Positions 33,912 through 45,112 of a DNA stretch of 64,000 bases are shown here, piece by piece. Under the pieces are notes generated by a model. That model saw nothing but the letters and a program-made list of their open reading frames with translations. It was not told the origin of the DNA and did not search any database. Source of the DNA: Microcoleus sp. GTDB taxonomy: Bacteria; Cyanobacteriota; Cyanobacteriia; Cyanobacteriales; Microcoleaceae. The stretch is taken from contig CP181291.1 of the NCBI GenBank assembly GCA_052279835.1, positions 4,064,001 to 4,128,000 of the forward strand, written 5' to 3'. Positions within the stretch are counted from its first letter, which is position 1. Every line of letters starts with the position of its first letter. The position numbers and the translations under genes were made by a program.

Positions 33912-34736
33912 CTACTTAACTGTCTGAGGGAAGTTTTCTATCCAGCGATCGATATCTGCAAGTACCCGATCGGGAATTTCCCAGGGGAATAAGTGGGCTG
34001 TATTTGGATAGCACTCCCACTGACATTCCTGGAGGTGTTGGGCTGTTTCTAAACTGGATGCGGAGGTGATGTGCCGATCGCCCTCTCCAGCCATGACTAA
34101 GGAAGGGCATTGAATATCGCCGAGGTTGAGTAGTCGGTTATATCCAGCCCTCAGAGCCGTATTTAAGGCTTTGGTAGCCGTGGGGGAAGTCTGGAGATAG
34201 GCGGGAGTACCTGCGCTGGCTAAATAGCGATAGGGAGTGCTTGTATGCTGTTGTATTAAGTAGCGAAAGAGCGATCGCCTAGCAAAAGTATCAATATTCC
34301 ATTGCCAGCCCGGTATCACCCAATTGATGATTCCCGCTACACCCGTATAAAAGTTATCTTGCCAAGATATGGGAGGGTGACTGCCTCTGGGTTTGGCGGC
34401 GGATGCAAGTATAATCAAACCCGTGACTCGCTGCGGATATTTCATCGCTAATTCCAGGGCTAAAATCCCCCCTAAAGACCATCCGAGTACCAAACAGCGA
34501 TCGATCCCAAATCGGTCTAAAAGCGCTTCTAAATCTAGGAGATGATCCGTCATGTCAAAGGGAGTAAAAGTGCGACTATTGCCGTATCCCCGCAAGTCTG
34601 GGGCGATGGTTTGGAATCGCTCAGATAAGTGTTCTGTAAACACTGACATACAAGAGCCAGAGCCAGGATGACCGTGCAAACATAGGATCGGAAATCCTGT
34701 TCCTTTGACAGAAACACTAAGTTTTTGAGGTGTCAT
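33912..34736 (-). CDS. Alpha/beta-fold hydrolase
   Basis: LHGHPG, DLRGYG.S, nucleophile elbow GWSLGG, late His (TAH). Confidence 0.9.
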   Translation of the reverse strand: MTPQKLSVSVKGTGFPILCLHGHPGSGSCMSVFTEHLSERFQTIAPDLRGYGNSRTFTPFDMTDHLLDLEALLDRFGIDRCLVLGWSLGGILALELAMKYPQRVTGLIILASAAKPRGSHPPISWQDNFYTGVAGIINWVIPGWQWNIDTFARRSLFRYLIQQHTSTPYRYLASAGTPAYLQTSPTATKALNTALRAGYNRLLNLGDIQCPSLVMAGEGDRHITSASSLETAQHLQECQWECYPNTAHLFPWEIPDRVLADIDRWIENFPQTVK

Positions 34737-34838
34737 ATCAAATCCGGTAGCATCGGAATTATTCAGAACTCTATTCTCTCCCTCTGTGTCCTCTGTGTTC
34801 TCTGCGGTTAAATCATTCCGATGTAACCGGAAACAATA
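34736..34838. repeat. Diverged inverted copy of the 33585 MITE-like element
   Basis: TATCAAATCCGG..CATCGGAAT...CTCTGTGTCCTCTGTGTTCTCTGCGGT...ATTCCGAT..AACCGGAA. Confidence 0.8.
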
Positions 34839-34874
34839 TCATTCTATATGTCTCTGAGAAGCCCATCCGAATTT

Positions 34875-36671
34875 TTACTTGCTAGCTTGCTGCTGAGTTT
34901 TCTGAGTTTTCTGAGTTTTTGGTTGCGAAACTTGCTGCTCTTTCGGTTGAGAAACCTCAGCTTTTACTAATTCAGGAAATGGTGGCTGGAGATTGTGAAC
35001 TTCGATGTCCATTCCCACTGGCAGAGGTGGCAGTTGGGGCAGATCGTTTTCCAAATCTTTGAACCCTTTGAGGTTTTTTGCTGGCAAAATTTCCGGCATT
35101 TGTGGTGGTAATTTTGCTGTTTCCAAAGTGCCGATCATTTTAGCTAGGGCGAATTCTAGTTGAGAACCAGGGTCGATCGCCACCCAACCCCGATCCGTCA
35201 TTTGCCGGATCTCGAAGTGGAGGTGAGGGCCCGTGGACATTCCTGTACTACCAACGCGGCCGATGGTTTCTCCCTGTTTCACCCACTCTCCGGGCTTCAC
35301 AAACAGTTCAGAAAGGTGTCCGTAGAGAGTTTCCTGAGACTGTTTACTGTGATTGAGCACCACCGTCAAACCATAACCGCCTAGCCAATCGGCGATCGCC
35401 ACTTGACCAGCATAAGCAGCCAGAACGGGCGTTCCCAGCTCCGCTCCCAAGTCAGTCCCAGTGTGAAACCTGCCATAGCCCATAACTGGATGAGTCCGCC
35501 ACCCAAATGGCGAAGTAATTGCCGAAGCAATAGATAGTGGAAACAGCAGACTGGTGTTGCCATTTCCGGCCTTACCAGCGGGACGTTGCGTGAGATTGTA
35601 ATAAGCAAAGCCTGTATTGCTACCGCTGCTGACACTAATCGGGCCGACTTCAATGGGGCCTAGTCCCATACTCGATCCAGGAGCTGAGTTGCCTCCCCCG
35701 CTATTTCCCGAATATGCAGCGTTAGCATAATATCCAGCCTCCTCCGATGAGTAGCCTGGATTAGCTGAGTAACCTGGATTAGCCGAGTAAGTCGCCTCTC
35801 CGTTCACTGATTTTGGCTGTCTGGTTCCCGCACCCCACAACTGACTGCCGATTTTTTCGACGGCTTGACCGATGGTGTCGCTAACATTGCCACCACCATT
35901 GCCGGCAACACTTGCTGGAACCCGCGCCGGAACATTCCCTGGAACATTTCTGGGAACATTCCCAGAGGGAGGAGTAGCAATATAGGAGTCAGGAGCGATC
36001 GGAGTTTGAGGGTTGTAGTTGCCTCCCCCAGCATCGGCGGTGACTGGCTCGGAAATCGCAGCAGGGGCGCACGCACTCCCACCACCGGGACAGTCGGTCG
36101 ATCGAGCTGAAAATTCTATGTTTGTCGGCGATTCGTAGCTGTTGGTCGCCCCAGCGCTGTAGTCTGTCTGGTCGTTGTAAGCGTTGGCGGGGTTCACGGG
36201 CGCTTCAAAAGGAGGTTCCGGCGACTGGGCTGTGGGTTCCGGCAGGGGTATCAGTGCGGGTTCGGGCAGATAATATTCTGAGGTCCGAGGTGCGGCCGCT
36301 GCTGGCGGTTCCGTCGCGTATTCCGGTTCGGGAGCTGGTTCTTGGTAGCGAGGCTCCCGCGCTACCTCTGGGGTTGGCTCGCTTTCTGCCATGGGAGCCG
36401 GTTGTACCGGGAGAGGGGCTTCAAATAATGGTTGCAGGTCTGCGGCACCTGGGGCTGTCTGTTCTACTGTTGGAGTTTCCGTTTGTGCCCACACTATGCC
36501 TTTGCTGAGTAGTCCCAGACTGGCAAGGCAACCTAGTCCCACCAGCAGGGAGCGATCGGACAAAAGACGCTGAAGATTTCGTGCGCCTCTAGGTTTTTTA
36601 TTTGGCTCTTTGGTGTTGACAGTGGCTGTGCAATGCTTGTCTGAAACTGGTTTCACGATTTTTTTTCCCAA
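34875..36671 (-). CDS. M23-family metallopeptidase with a long Pro/Ala-rich N-terminus
   Basis: ITSPFGWR, HTGTD, YGHLS, STGPHLHFE; start uncertain. Confidence 0.88.
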   Translation of the reverse strand: MGKKIVKPVSDKHCTATVNTKEPNKKPRGARNLQRLLSDRSLLVGLGCLASLGLLSKGIVWAQTETPTVEQTAPGAADLQPLFEAPLPVQPAPMAESEPTPEVAREPRYQEPAPEPEYATEPPAAAAPRTSEYYLPEPALIPLPEPTAQSPEPPFEAPVNPANAYNDQTDYSAGATNSYESPTNIEFSARSTDCPGGGSACAPAAISEPVTADAGGGNYNPQTPIAPDSYIATPPSGNVPRNVPGNVPARVPASVAGNGGGNVSDTIGQAVEKIGSQLWGAGTRQPKSVNGEATYSANPGYSANPGYSSEEAGYYANAAYSGNSGGGNSAPGSSMGLGPIEVGPISVSSGSNTGFAYYNLTQRPAGKAGNGNTSLLFPLSIASAITSPFGWRTHPVMGYGRFHTGTDLGAELGTPVLAAYAGQVAIADWLGGYGLTVVLNHSKQSQETLYGHLSELFVKPGEWVKQGETIGRVGSTGMSTGPHLHFEIRQMTDRGWVAIDPGSQLEFALAKMIGTLETAKLPPQMPEILPAKNLKGFKDLENDLPQLPPLPVGMDIEVHNLQPPFPELVKAEVSQPKEQQVSQPKTQKTQKTQQQASK

Positions 36672-36860
36672 CTCAACTAGGGCCTTGGTGGAGATAGAAG
36701 TCAGGCTCGAATTTATGCTAATCCTTGTCTGGAGTAGAGCCTAAACTATTGTACCTGGTTAACGCGATTATTCCGTTCAACCTCGCTAGTTGATTCCAGT
36801 TTGTCGGTTCACTTGGCAAAATTGTTAATTATTTAGTATTGTTTACTCCCTTAGGGCAGC

Positions 36861-37754
36861 ATGGCATTAATGAGTTTACCTGACGATCGCTTGACAAATT
36901 TTCGCGACTATGAGTTCCTTGGGGAACCAGAGGGTGTTACTTGGGAGTGGCAAAGTTGGGAGGGATTGCCCTATCTGACTTGTAGCTTGCTGGAACGCTG
37001 GAAACACGGCTTTTTTACGGCTCCCTTTTCGCCCCGCACCCCGATCGACTTGGTGCAAGTTTTGTCGCCCGGAGCTCCTGTTTACCGGGTCAAGCAGGTA
37101 CATGGCAATGGCGTACTCCAGACTGGTCAGGTGGCTCCGGTTTCTGCTAGTGGTCCGGGAGCGGAAACTGAGACCCCAATTTATGCTGAGGCTGATGGCT
37201 TGGTCGCCCAGCGAGAGTTTGAGGCGATTTGGGTTTGTACGGCAGATTGTGTCCCTGTGTTGATTGGTGACGATCGCACCGGACTCACTGCCGCAGTTCA
37301 CGCAGGTTGGCGCGGGACTGCTGCTAAGATATTACCAGAGGCGATCGCTCAACTTGTGGCCGTTGGCAGTCAACTGGAAAATCTGAGGATTGCTATGGGG
37401 CCGGCGATCGCTGGACAGGTTTACCAGGTATCTGTGGAAGTGGCAGCGGAACTGGGAGCTACCATTACTCCCAAGGGTGCAGTTAGTGTGACAGCCGACC
37501 GCATTCTAGAGTTTTTGCACCAACTGCCTCAAACTCCTGTGTTAGCCGATCCTGAACCGGGAAAAGTACGTTTGGATGTTCGCCGCTGCAATGCTTTGCA
37601 ATTGCAACAGTTGGGAATTCATCCTTCTCAAGTGGCGATCGCTCCTCACTGTACTTATTCTGACTCCGATCGCTTTTTTTCCTACCGCCGGGAGCCACTT
37701 AAAAAAGTCCAGTGGTCGGGAATTGTCAGTGGCGGCGCGACAACTACCTGTTGA
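36861..37754 (+). CDS. pgeF: YfiH/PgeF family protein
   Basis: QVHG, TADCVPVL, HAGWRG, GPAI, FFSYRR. Confidence 0.9.
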   Translation: MALMSLPDDRLTNFRDYEFLGEPEGVTWEWQSWEGLPYLTCSLLERWKHGFFTAPFSPRTPIDLVQVLSPGAPVYRVKQVHGNGVLQTGQVAPVSASGPGAETETPIYAEADGLVAQREFEAIWVCTADCVPVLIGDDRTGLTAAVHAGWRGTAAKILPEAIAQLVAVGSQLENLRIAMGPAIAGQVYQVSVEVAAELGATITPKGAVSVTADRILEFLHQLPQTPVLADPEPGKVRLDVRRCNALQLQQLGIHPSQVAIAPHCTYSDSDRFFSYRREPLKKVQWSGIVSGGATTTC

Positions 37755-38031
37755 AGGTAGAAGGTAGAATGTAGTTTTAAGTTTTAAATTTTGACTTTTA
37801 AATTTTGAATTTTAACTCTTTAACTTAAAACTCAAAACTTAAAATTTACAGACTCTCCTTCTACTTTCAAAACAGGATTTTCAGGGGTTAACCTACCTAC
37901 TTAGTGGGTGATTCCCTAAAATCAATAAAAACTAGCAACTAAACTTTTTGGGAAAGCGGCCCTCGCCCCCGCCCCGCTTTCCTCTCTTGTTAAGATTGCG
38001 CTATAACGAGAGTCTCCAGCGGGTTATTAAA

Positions 38032-38643
38032 ATGAGCGATCCAACTCCCTATCAACTGCTTGAGGTCGATGAAGATGCTTCTTTTGATGAAGTGCAAGAA
38101 GCCCGCACTCGTCTGGCTGAACATTACAGTGGCGATTTGAAACGTTTGGAATCGATCGAAGCTGCTTACGACGCGATCCTGATGGATCGTTTGCGACAAC
38201 GACAGGAGGGTAAAATTAAAGTCCCCGAACGCATCCGTTTTCCTGAACGGTTGACTCCTCCACCCGCCAGCTTTACTCCCTCTCCTCCGTCTGGTAGTCC
38301 TGCTTGGCTGCAACGGCTAATCGATACTCCTAGTCGATCGGACATTTTGTGGCCTGCGGGAATCTATGTCGGATTGAGCGGGCTGAGTATCTATCCGGCT
38401 GCTAATAATTCTTTACTACAGTTGACTCTAGCTCTGGGAGTCGGCTCTTGTCTCTATTTTCTCAATCGCAAGGAACAAAAATTTGGTCGGGCTGTACTGC
38501 TAACAGTTATGGGCTTGGTTTTAGGCTTGTTGCTGGGAGGTATTTTAAGCTCTCTGGTGAGTCCAGCATTCATCGCAACAGAGAAATTTATTGCTTTGTT
38601 TACGTTTTTAACTCTGTGGCTGGTCAGCAGTTTTTTACGATAG
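38032..38643 (+). CDS. CPP1-like (DUF3353) membrane protein
   Basis: PYQLLEV..DASFDEVQ.AR; IEAAYDAILM.RLRQRQEGKI; C-terminal TM helices. Confidence 0.85.
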   Translation: MSDPTPYQLLEVDEDASFDEVQEARTRLAEHYSGDLKRLESIEAAYDAILMDRLRQRQEGKIKVPERIRFPERLTPPPASFTPSPPSGSPAWLQRLIDTPSRSDILWPAGIYVGLSGLSIYPAANNSLLQLTLALGVGSCLYFLNRKEQKFGRAVLLTVMGLVLGLLLGGILSSLVSPAFIATEKFIALFTFLTLWLVSSFLR

Positions 38644-38760
38644 TTTAGTCTCTAGACTTCTCCCAAAAAGCCTGTAAAAAATAGGTCAGAAAGCCTGTTC
38701 TACAATAATTATGGGAGATGTCTAATACAGTCAACAGTTGAGTGTTGACTGTTGACTGAT

Positions 38761-39450
38761 TTATCGGGCCGATCGAGCGAAAATGATCTCAACGGCTTCG
38801 CCCAAATTGTTAGCAATTAAGTCTGGTTGCTGACTTTCTAGTTGCGAGCGATCGCGAATCCCGCACAAAACACCAATTACCTTGACACCGTGGGTTTTAG
38901 CTGCTACAATATCTGCCTCTGTATCCCCAACCATCCAAGTATCAGAAGCTGGCGGCAATTCGGCGAGAGCTTTTGCCATCAGCAAGGGCTTATCTTTAAC
39001 ATCACCAGTTTTAACATAATCATTGGGGAGACAATAACGGCGGTCTTCTGGGAAAAAGTGGCCTAAATTGCAGCGGTTGAAAGCTTCGTCAAGTTCCCTG
39101 ACGCGACGCATAGTCATCACTACTAAATCAACTCCTGCCCCTTGTAGCTTTTCTAAGGTTTCCACCGCTCCTGGGGATGGGCGATCGTACATCAAGTAGG
39201 GGAAAGTATGAACAGTGTGACGACGTTTTTGGGCAAATTCAGTGGCTTGGATAGCATCCAATCCTGAGAGAATGCCGATTTCGGTTTCAGGAATCCGCGC
39301 CCGCTTCATTTCCCAAAACTCTGCTTTCGAGAGTTCGCGCACCTGTTGGTCTGAAGCTTGAGTCTCCGCAAGACATTGCTGATAAACTCGATAATAGCGA
39401 TCGGACACATCCATTATTGGCCCATCAAAGTCTGTAATCAGTCTCAGCAT
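38761..39450 (-). CDS. HAD-family hydrolase
   Basis: TDFDGPI, K motif, MVGDTEAD. Confidence 0.9.
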   Translation of the reverse strand: MLRLITDFDGPIMDVSDRYYRVYQQCLAETQASDQQVRELSKAEFWEMKRARIPETEIGILSGLDAIQATEFAQKRRHTVHTFPYLMYDRPSPGAVETLEKLQGAGVDLVVMTMRRVRELDEAFNRCNLGHFFPEDRRYCLPNDYVKTGDVKDKPLLMAKALAELPPASDTWMVGDTEADIVAAKTHGVKVIGVLCGIRDRSQLESQQPDLIANNLGEAVEIIFARSAR

Positions 39451-40042
39451 TTAGCAGAATATATTTAAGATTTGATACAAATTATTTAATATTGTATCAT
39501 TAAGAGAAGTCATATCCTCCACAAAACTTGACAGAAATACCCTAGGGAGTTACTGTTTATTAAGTAATGTCAATTGCATAAAACATTACGCTCAAACTCT
39601 AGTCACACTCAACTGTAGCGGTTGCAATCAATATCAGGAAATCTACAATTAAGATGTGTTGCACAAATAAAGTTAACCGCTATATTTTATACATAAATCT
39701 ACCCCTTAACCTAGGGTGAGTTGAGGTTGAGTTCACAGGATTGTTAAAAACATTCCATGGAACTCATATTCGGCTAGCTTTGCCACAGGGAAAAACTGCT
39801 CAGAGGAATCAAATTTAGTGTTTGGTTAAATTTACCAGCCGTAAAATAGTGCCCTACCTCCCCAGAGTTTCCACCCCCATATCAAGAGCTTGTAACTTAC
39901 GCATCGAGAGCGTATTTATGTCATTGCGAAGTAAAGGAGAGCTTTTACGAACATTGATTTATCCTAAAAAAGGCATAAATAAAATAGCCTATTGACGAAA
40001 AAAACAGCCCCACCTTGGAAATAGAACCTCAAACATAACGAA

Positions 40043-42130
40043 ATGCTACCCAAATTAAGCGTACAAATCCCCCCCAAAAGTGTGAACAATCTGCTTGACA
40101 AGTTGTTGTCCTTGCGTCGAATTGAATACCTCGCAGTCGATCGAGAGCTGAAAATTCAAGAAACATCTTTGAACGTCCAAGAATTTGCTGACATTCCCGA
40201 TGGGATCGAAAAAGGAAAAGATGTGCGTGATAGTTTTCCCGAACTAATCGGCATCGAAGAAATCCTCGATGATATTCTCGAAGAAAAACAGCCCAATTTT
40301 CAACTAAAATCAGTAACCCGAATTTTAAATGATGGCTCTTGTTTGTATCTAGATTTATATGTTTTTGGTTATAAAGAACAGTTAAAACCTGAGAGACTCA
40401 TTATTTTCTGTGAAGACGTAACAGATAGTACCAGTATGCAGCAAACCATGGTGCAATCAGTAAATGAAAGCAGCATCAAAGTCACTAATTTAGCTACCTC
40501 CCGCGATTATATTGAGCAGATCCTGAATTCAATCAATGATATTTTGTTAGTGACGACGGCATCGGGAAAAATCAAAAAAATCAATAAATCCACAGAATTA
40601 CTATTTGGATACACCGAAGCAGAATTAATTGGTAAACCAATTTCAATGATTACCGCAAATGAGGAATTATTGCGTCAAGTCAGTCAGTTACCTGCGGAAC
40701 TTAAAAACGAATCATGGCATCAGGTGAAAGTAATATGCCACACTAAAGCAGCTTTAAGCTTAACAGTGGCTTTTTCCTGCTCTACCATCGAGACCAGGGT
40801 AGAAAGCAAGCATTCAGCAAGTGAAACTATACAAGATTTTGTCTATATTGGCAGAGATATCACCGAACAACAACGAACAAAAAAGCGTCAATCAGCACAG
40901 TATGCAGTAGCTAGAATCATGTCAGAATCGGGTTCTTTAGAGAGCGCTACTCCGAAGATTTTGCAAGCTATTTGTGAAAGTTTAGGATGGGATCTCGGTG
41001 AATTGTGGACACCTGTGGATGAAAAAGAGACTAAATTAGATGGGGAAAATCAACAGCAAAAAGTCAGATTTTTGTTTGCAACACCAGACACTCCTGTGGA
41101 AAAAGTGCCGTTTCTACTGCGAGTTGGAGTATGGTGGCGGGGTAGAGATGTCGGCGAGTTTGTGGAAAATTGTCAGCAGATAACTCTCCCTCCTGGTGTG
41201 GGCTTACCCGGAGTGGTTTGGAACACTGGTTATCCGCAGTGGATTACTGATATTCTCAAAGATGGCAATTTTATAAGATCGAACTTAGCATCAAAAGCCA
41301 AACTGACTTCGGCTTTTGGTTTCCCAATTCGTGCTAGTGGTCAAATTGTAGGAGTCATGACTTTTTTCTGTCAAAAAAAACAGCCATCTGATGAAGACTT
41401 ACTTCAGATGATGGCCGCCGTTGGTTCGCAATTGGGACAGTTTGTCAAGCGCAAGTATGCCGAAAAAGAACTGCAAGAAGCCGAAGCTTCCATCAGACTT
41501 TTATACGAACAGGAAAAACGCCAAAGTAAAAAATTGGTTCAGCAAAATTTAGCCCTAGAAAAGACTAAATTAGAGTTAGAATCTGCTAACCGTGCCCTAG
41601 AGCGACTCGCCTCTGTAGATGGTTTGACTCAGATTGCTAATCGTCGCTGTTTTGACAAAACCTTGCAGTCGGAATGGTTGCGGATGGCGAGAAATCAAGA
41701 GCCCCTAGCTTTGATTTTGTTGGATATCGATTTTTTTAAACTTTATAACGACCATTACGGCCATCAAGGCGGAGATGAATGTTTAAAAAAAGTGGCGGAA
41801 ATTTTAGAGCGCAATGCTCATCGGGGAGGCGATTTATCTGCTAGGTACGGTGGTGAAGAATTTGCAGTAATTTTGTCCCAGACTGATGCTAAAGGAGCAA
41901 TGCGGGTAGCCGAATCAATTCGCAACGATTTGAAAATTGAGGCAATTCCTCACCAACTGTCAAAGGTAAGTCAGTTTGTAACTGCCAGTATGGGGATAGC
42001 TAGTGTAGTTCCTAGTGCGGAACTATCTGTGGAGTGGCTAATTGGGGAAGCAGATCGATCGCTCTACCAAGCTAAACTAGAAGGACGCGATCGGGTAATT
42101 TATCTAAATCCTGCAATTTTGGATAATTAG
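40043..42130 (+). CDS. PAS-GAF diguanylate cyclase
   Basis: DGLTQIANRR, DIDFFK.YND.YGH..GD, RGGD I-site, GGEEF. Confidence 0.92.
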   Translation: MLPKLSVQIPPKSVNNLLDKLLSLRRIEYLAVDRELKIQETSLNVQEFADIPDGIEKGKDVRDSFPELIGIEEILDDILEEKQPNFQLKSVTRILNDGSCLYLDLYVFGYKEQLKPERLIIFCEDVTDSTSMQQTMVQSVNESSIKVTNLATSRDYIEQILNSINDILLVTTASGKIKKINKSTELLFGYTEAELIGKPISMITANEELLRQVSQLPAELKNESWHQVKVICHTKAALSLTVAFSCSTIETRVESKHSASETIQDFVYIGRDITEQQRTKKRQSAQYAVARIMSESGSLESATPKILQAICESLGWDLGELWTPVDEKETKLDGENQQQKVRFLFATPDTPVEKVPFLLRVGVWWRGRDVGEFVENCQQITLPPGVGLPGVVWNTGYPQWITDILKDGNFIRSNLASKAKLTSAFGFPIRASGQIVGVMTFFCQKKQPSDEDLLQMMAAVGSQLGQFVKRKYAEKELQEAEASIRLLYEQEKRQSKKLVQQNLALEKTKLELESANRALERLASVDGLTQIANRRCFDKTLQSEWLRMARNQEPLALILLDIDFFKLYNDHYGHQGGDECLKKVAEILERNAHRGGDLSARYGGEEFAVILSQTDAKGAMRVAESIRNDLKIEAIPHQLSKVSQFVTASMGIASVVPSAELSVEWLIGEADRSLYQAKLEGRDRVIYLNPAILDN

Positions 42131-42185
42131 TCAGGTTGCGGAGGTAGTAAAAAAGCGCTTCTACCTGGGAAAGGAGTATTTGTTG

Positions 42186-42716
42186 ATGATGATTGTGAGA
42201 CAAGCTAAAATTGCTGATGCACCTGCCATCGCACGAGTTAATGTAGATACTTGGCGGACTGCTTATCAAAAAATTTTACCAGCCGACTATCTAGCGCAGT
42301 TATCCTATGAAAATCGAGAAAGTAATTGGCGAGACATCCTTGTAAACGCCGAAAAAAATGAATATTTTGTGTACGTGGCGGAGAATGAATTAGGACAAAT
42401 CGTGGGTTTTGCTGCTGGTGGCTACGAACGAACTCACAAATATGTTTATAAAGGAGAATTATTTGCTATATATATTTTGCAGGAATATCAGCATAGAGGA
42501 ATCGGAAGGAAACTCGTAGGAACAATTGCCTCCCAACTATCTAATTTAAACTTAAATTCGATGCTGGTTTGGGTGTTAGGAGATAATTCAGCCTGTAGGT
42601 TTTATCAAGTTTTGGGAGGCAAAAAAATTGAGGAACAACAAACAAATAGAGCCGGAGTTTTACTTAAGGAAATTGCCTACGGCTGGACCGACATAACTAT
42701 GCTGCTGGAAAATTGA
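42186..42716 (+). CDS. GNAT acetyltransferase
   Basis: IVGFA, YQHRGIGRKL, N..A..FY. Confidence 0.88.
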   Translation: MMIVRQAKIADAPAIARVNVDTWRTAYQKILPADYLAQLSYENRESNWRDILVNAEKNEYFVYVAENELGQIVGFAAGGYERTHKYVYKGELFAIYILQEYQHRGIGRKLVGTIASQLSNLNLNSMLVWVLGDNSACRFYQVLGGKKIEEQQTNRAGVLLKEIAYGWTDITMLLEN

Positions 42717-42840
42717 TAAGCCCTAGGATGGCCGGCACGGGGGCACGCCCCCTACCAAAAATGAAACCAACCTTGGGGGGTGAGGAGTTTCCTCCTGGTT
42801 GCTCCTATCCATAGCATTGTTGCGTCCAGGACTACCTTCA

Positions 42841-43908
42841 TCAATCAAAACTCAAACTTCCCCGCTTCATTTGTTCCCGTTCTATTGCCTCAAACAAAGC
42901 CCGAAAATTTCCAGCCCCAAAACCTCCCGCTTGCACTTTGACATCGTTAACTAAGGCAACTCGACGTTCGATTATCTCAAAAAAGAATGTAGGTTCAGCA
43001 AAAATTGGCTGGGTAAAAATTTGCAACAGCATCGCTGCGGGCGTCTCTTCCGGCCAATCTACCAAAACTTGAGCACCTATAATTTCTTGCCAATCTTTCG
43101 GTACATAGTTTTGCTGTTGTTGTAATTCTTTATAATAAGTCCAGGGAACCGGCAGAAAAGGCAAACCGCGCGATCGCAAATCAGCCACAATGTCCACAAT
43201 GCGATCGGTTTGCAAAGCCATATGTTGAATGCCCGGCCCCTGATTTGCATCCAAAAACTCTTGAATTTGAGAATTAGGTGATGCCGATTCATTAATAGGC
43301 AATTGCACTCCACCTTCAGCATGAACCATAACTCGGCTGCGTAAAGCCGATTTGTCAGTCTGAATATCAAAATTTTGCTGAGTCTGAAAACCTAAGACTC
43401 TTTGATACCAATTAACAGCAGTAGACAAATCCCCAGTTGCCACATTTAACACTACGTGGTCAATATTAGTAAATAGTGGAATTTCCGCAGAATTCCTTGA
43501 CAGTGAACTATCACCACTTCCCTCAATCAAGGTGTGGTTTAAGTCTCCCCAACCCGCAATCTTTGCCCGCTTAAAACTGCTTCCTGCATTTATACCTTTT
43601 TGAATCGGTTCCAGTAGTTTAGCGCCTTCAGCGATCGCTCTGGATATCGCAAACTCAATATTTTTGACCCGGAAGCCCACATCGGCAATACCAGGAGGAT
43701 GTAATTTCAACCAACTAGCGACAGGACTAGAGGATGTCAAGGGGGAAGATAAAACAAAACAGATATTGCCACTTGCGAGCACTTCACTATGAGTGTGGCT
43801 ATTGGCATAACTTGCTGTGGTTTGAAAGCCTAATTTGCTGACAAACCAGTCCCGCGATGTTGCTGCATCTTCAGTATAGAATTGAATGCGATCGAACTCC
43901 ATAATCAA
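42841..43908 (-). CDS. hppD: 4-hydroxyphenylpyruvate dioxygenase
   Basis: IDHVVLNV, GPGIQHMAL, LLQIFT.P, FFFEIIER, GFGAGNF. Confidence 0.92.
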   Translation of the reverse strand: MIMEFDRIQFYTEDAATSRDWFVSKLGFQTTASYANSHTHSEVLASGNICFVLSSPLTSSSPVASWLKLHPPGIADVGFRVKNIEFAISRAIAEGAKLLEPIQKGINAGSSFKRAKIAGWGDLNHTLIEGSGDSSLSRNSAEIPLFTNIDHVVLNVATGDLSTAVNWYQRVLGFQTQQNFDIQTDKSALRSRVMVHAEGGVQLPINESASPNSQIQEFLDANQGPGIQHMALQTDRIVDIVADLRSRGLPFLPVPWTYYKELQQQQNYVPKDWQEIIGAQVLVDWPEETPAAMLLQIFTQPIFAEPTFFFEIIERRVALVNDVKVQAGGFGAGNFRALFEAIEREQMKRGSLSFD

Positions 43909-44192
43909 TAATTGAAAATGGCGATGGGGAAATTAACAAGCTGTTTAGTCATTTTTATGTTTAATAAGGTTAATTGACTTAACAATAGCCTATAAACAGG
44001 AGAGCTGGTGTCTGCCTGAAGACTGAATCATGAAGATTGTAGATTTGGGATAGGGGATTATGGGTCAAAAGGGGAAATCAAAATATTACCTTCAATTATA
44101 TGATAAATTTACAATTTATCACCCCAGGTTCATCTGTCGTAACAATCTCAAATCTACAATCTCAAATCTACAAGGGGTATGCTGCTTAACTT

Positions 44193-44900
44193 CTAGAAAA
44201 ACAAATGACTTTCAGGCTGAATGTTAATTTCCATTGGCACTGCTTGTGGGTCAGCAGAAAGAGCAAACATAATAGCATTGGCAGCAGTTTCTGTAGTCAA
44301 CATTTTTGACCTATCTACCTTCAAACTCACACTATCCCAAAAGGGAGAATCCACCCCACCAAAATAGAATAGCGTAAACTTGATACCATAGCGGCGCAAC
44401 TCATCGGCCATGCACTTACTGAAACCAACTACCCCAAACTTGGAAGCACAATAAGCTGTTCCCATCGCCATCGAATGCTTGCCCAAAATGCCGATGACAT
44501 TACAAATGTGACCGGATTTGCGGTCTTTCATCACATTAGCTGCTGCTTGAGATGTGTAAAAACTGCCTTTCAAATTCAAGTCCAGCATCGCATCTAAATC
44601 AGCGGGTTCTAATTTGTTCCACTGCTTGAGAATACCCGCACCGGCCGCATTTATCAATACATCAATTTGTCCGAAATGCTCCACAGTTTTCTGCATTAGA
44701 GTTTCGACTTGTGACAACTGAGTAATATCTGTAGGTACTGTTAGTACCTTTGTGGTGGGGAATTGGGCGGCTACGGCGTCTAAACGACTGCTGTCTCTGG
44801 CTGCAAGCACGAGAATTGCACCCGCATCTGCCAGTTTGTGGGCTACCGCTGAACCAATTCCACCAGTCGCACCCACAACAACCACAACTTTATTCTGCAT
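44193..44900 (-). CDS. SDR-family oxidoreductase
   Basis: GATGGIG, INAAG, YCASK. Confidence 0.92.
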   Translation of the reverse strand: MQNKVVVVVGATGGIGSAVAHKLADAGAILVLAARDSSRLDAVAAQFPTTKVLTVPTDITQLSQVETLMQKTVEHFGQIDVLINAAGAGILKQWNKLEPADLDAMLDLNLKGSFYTSQAAANVMKDRKSGHICNVIGILGKHSMAMGTAYCASKFGVVGFSKCMADELRRYGIKFTLFYFGGVDSPFWDSVSLKVDRSKMLTTETAANAIMFALSADPQAVPMEINIQPESHLFF

Positions 44901-44974
44901 ATCCCTTTACATTTCTTTACATCGTGTTTGTATGATAACTCAAGTTATGAAAATTGGGCGAAGCGAAGCTCAGG

Positions 44975-45112
44975 GATGGGGCATGGGGCATAGGGAATTG
45001 GTAATTGGGAATGGGGAATGGGGAATTGGGAATGGGGAATGGGGAATTGGGAATGGGGAATTGGGAATGGGGAATTGGGAATTGGGAATAACCAATAACC
45101 AATAACCAATAA
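44975..45112. repeat. Heptamer STRR array (GGGAATT/GGGAATG, then TAACCAA)
   Basis: Directly visible tandem heptamers. Confidence 0.9.

Noticed and set aside
44752..45105. ORFs with GNGEWGI / SQFPIP repeats (also 22751-23113)
   Set aside because: Translations of heptamer STRRs with no evidence of coding function
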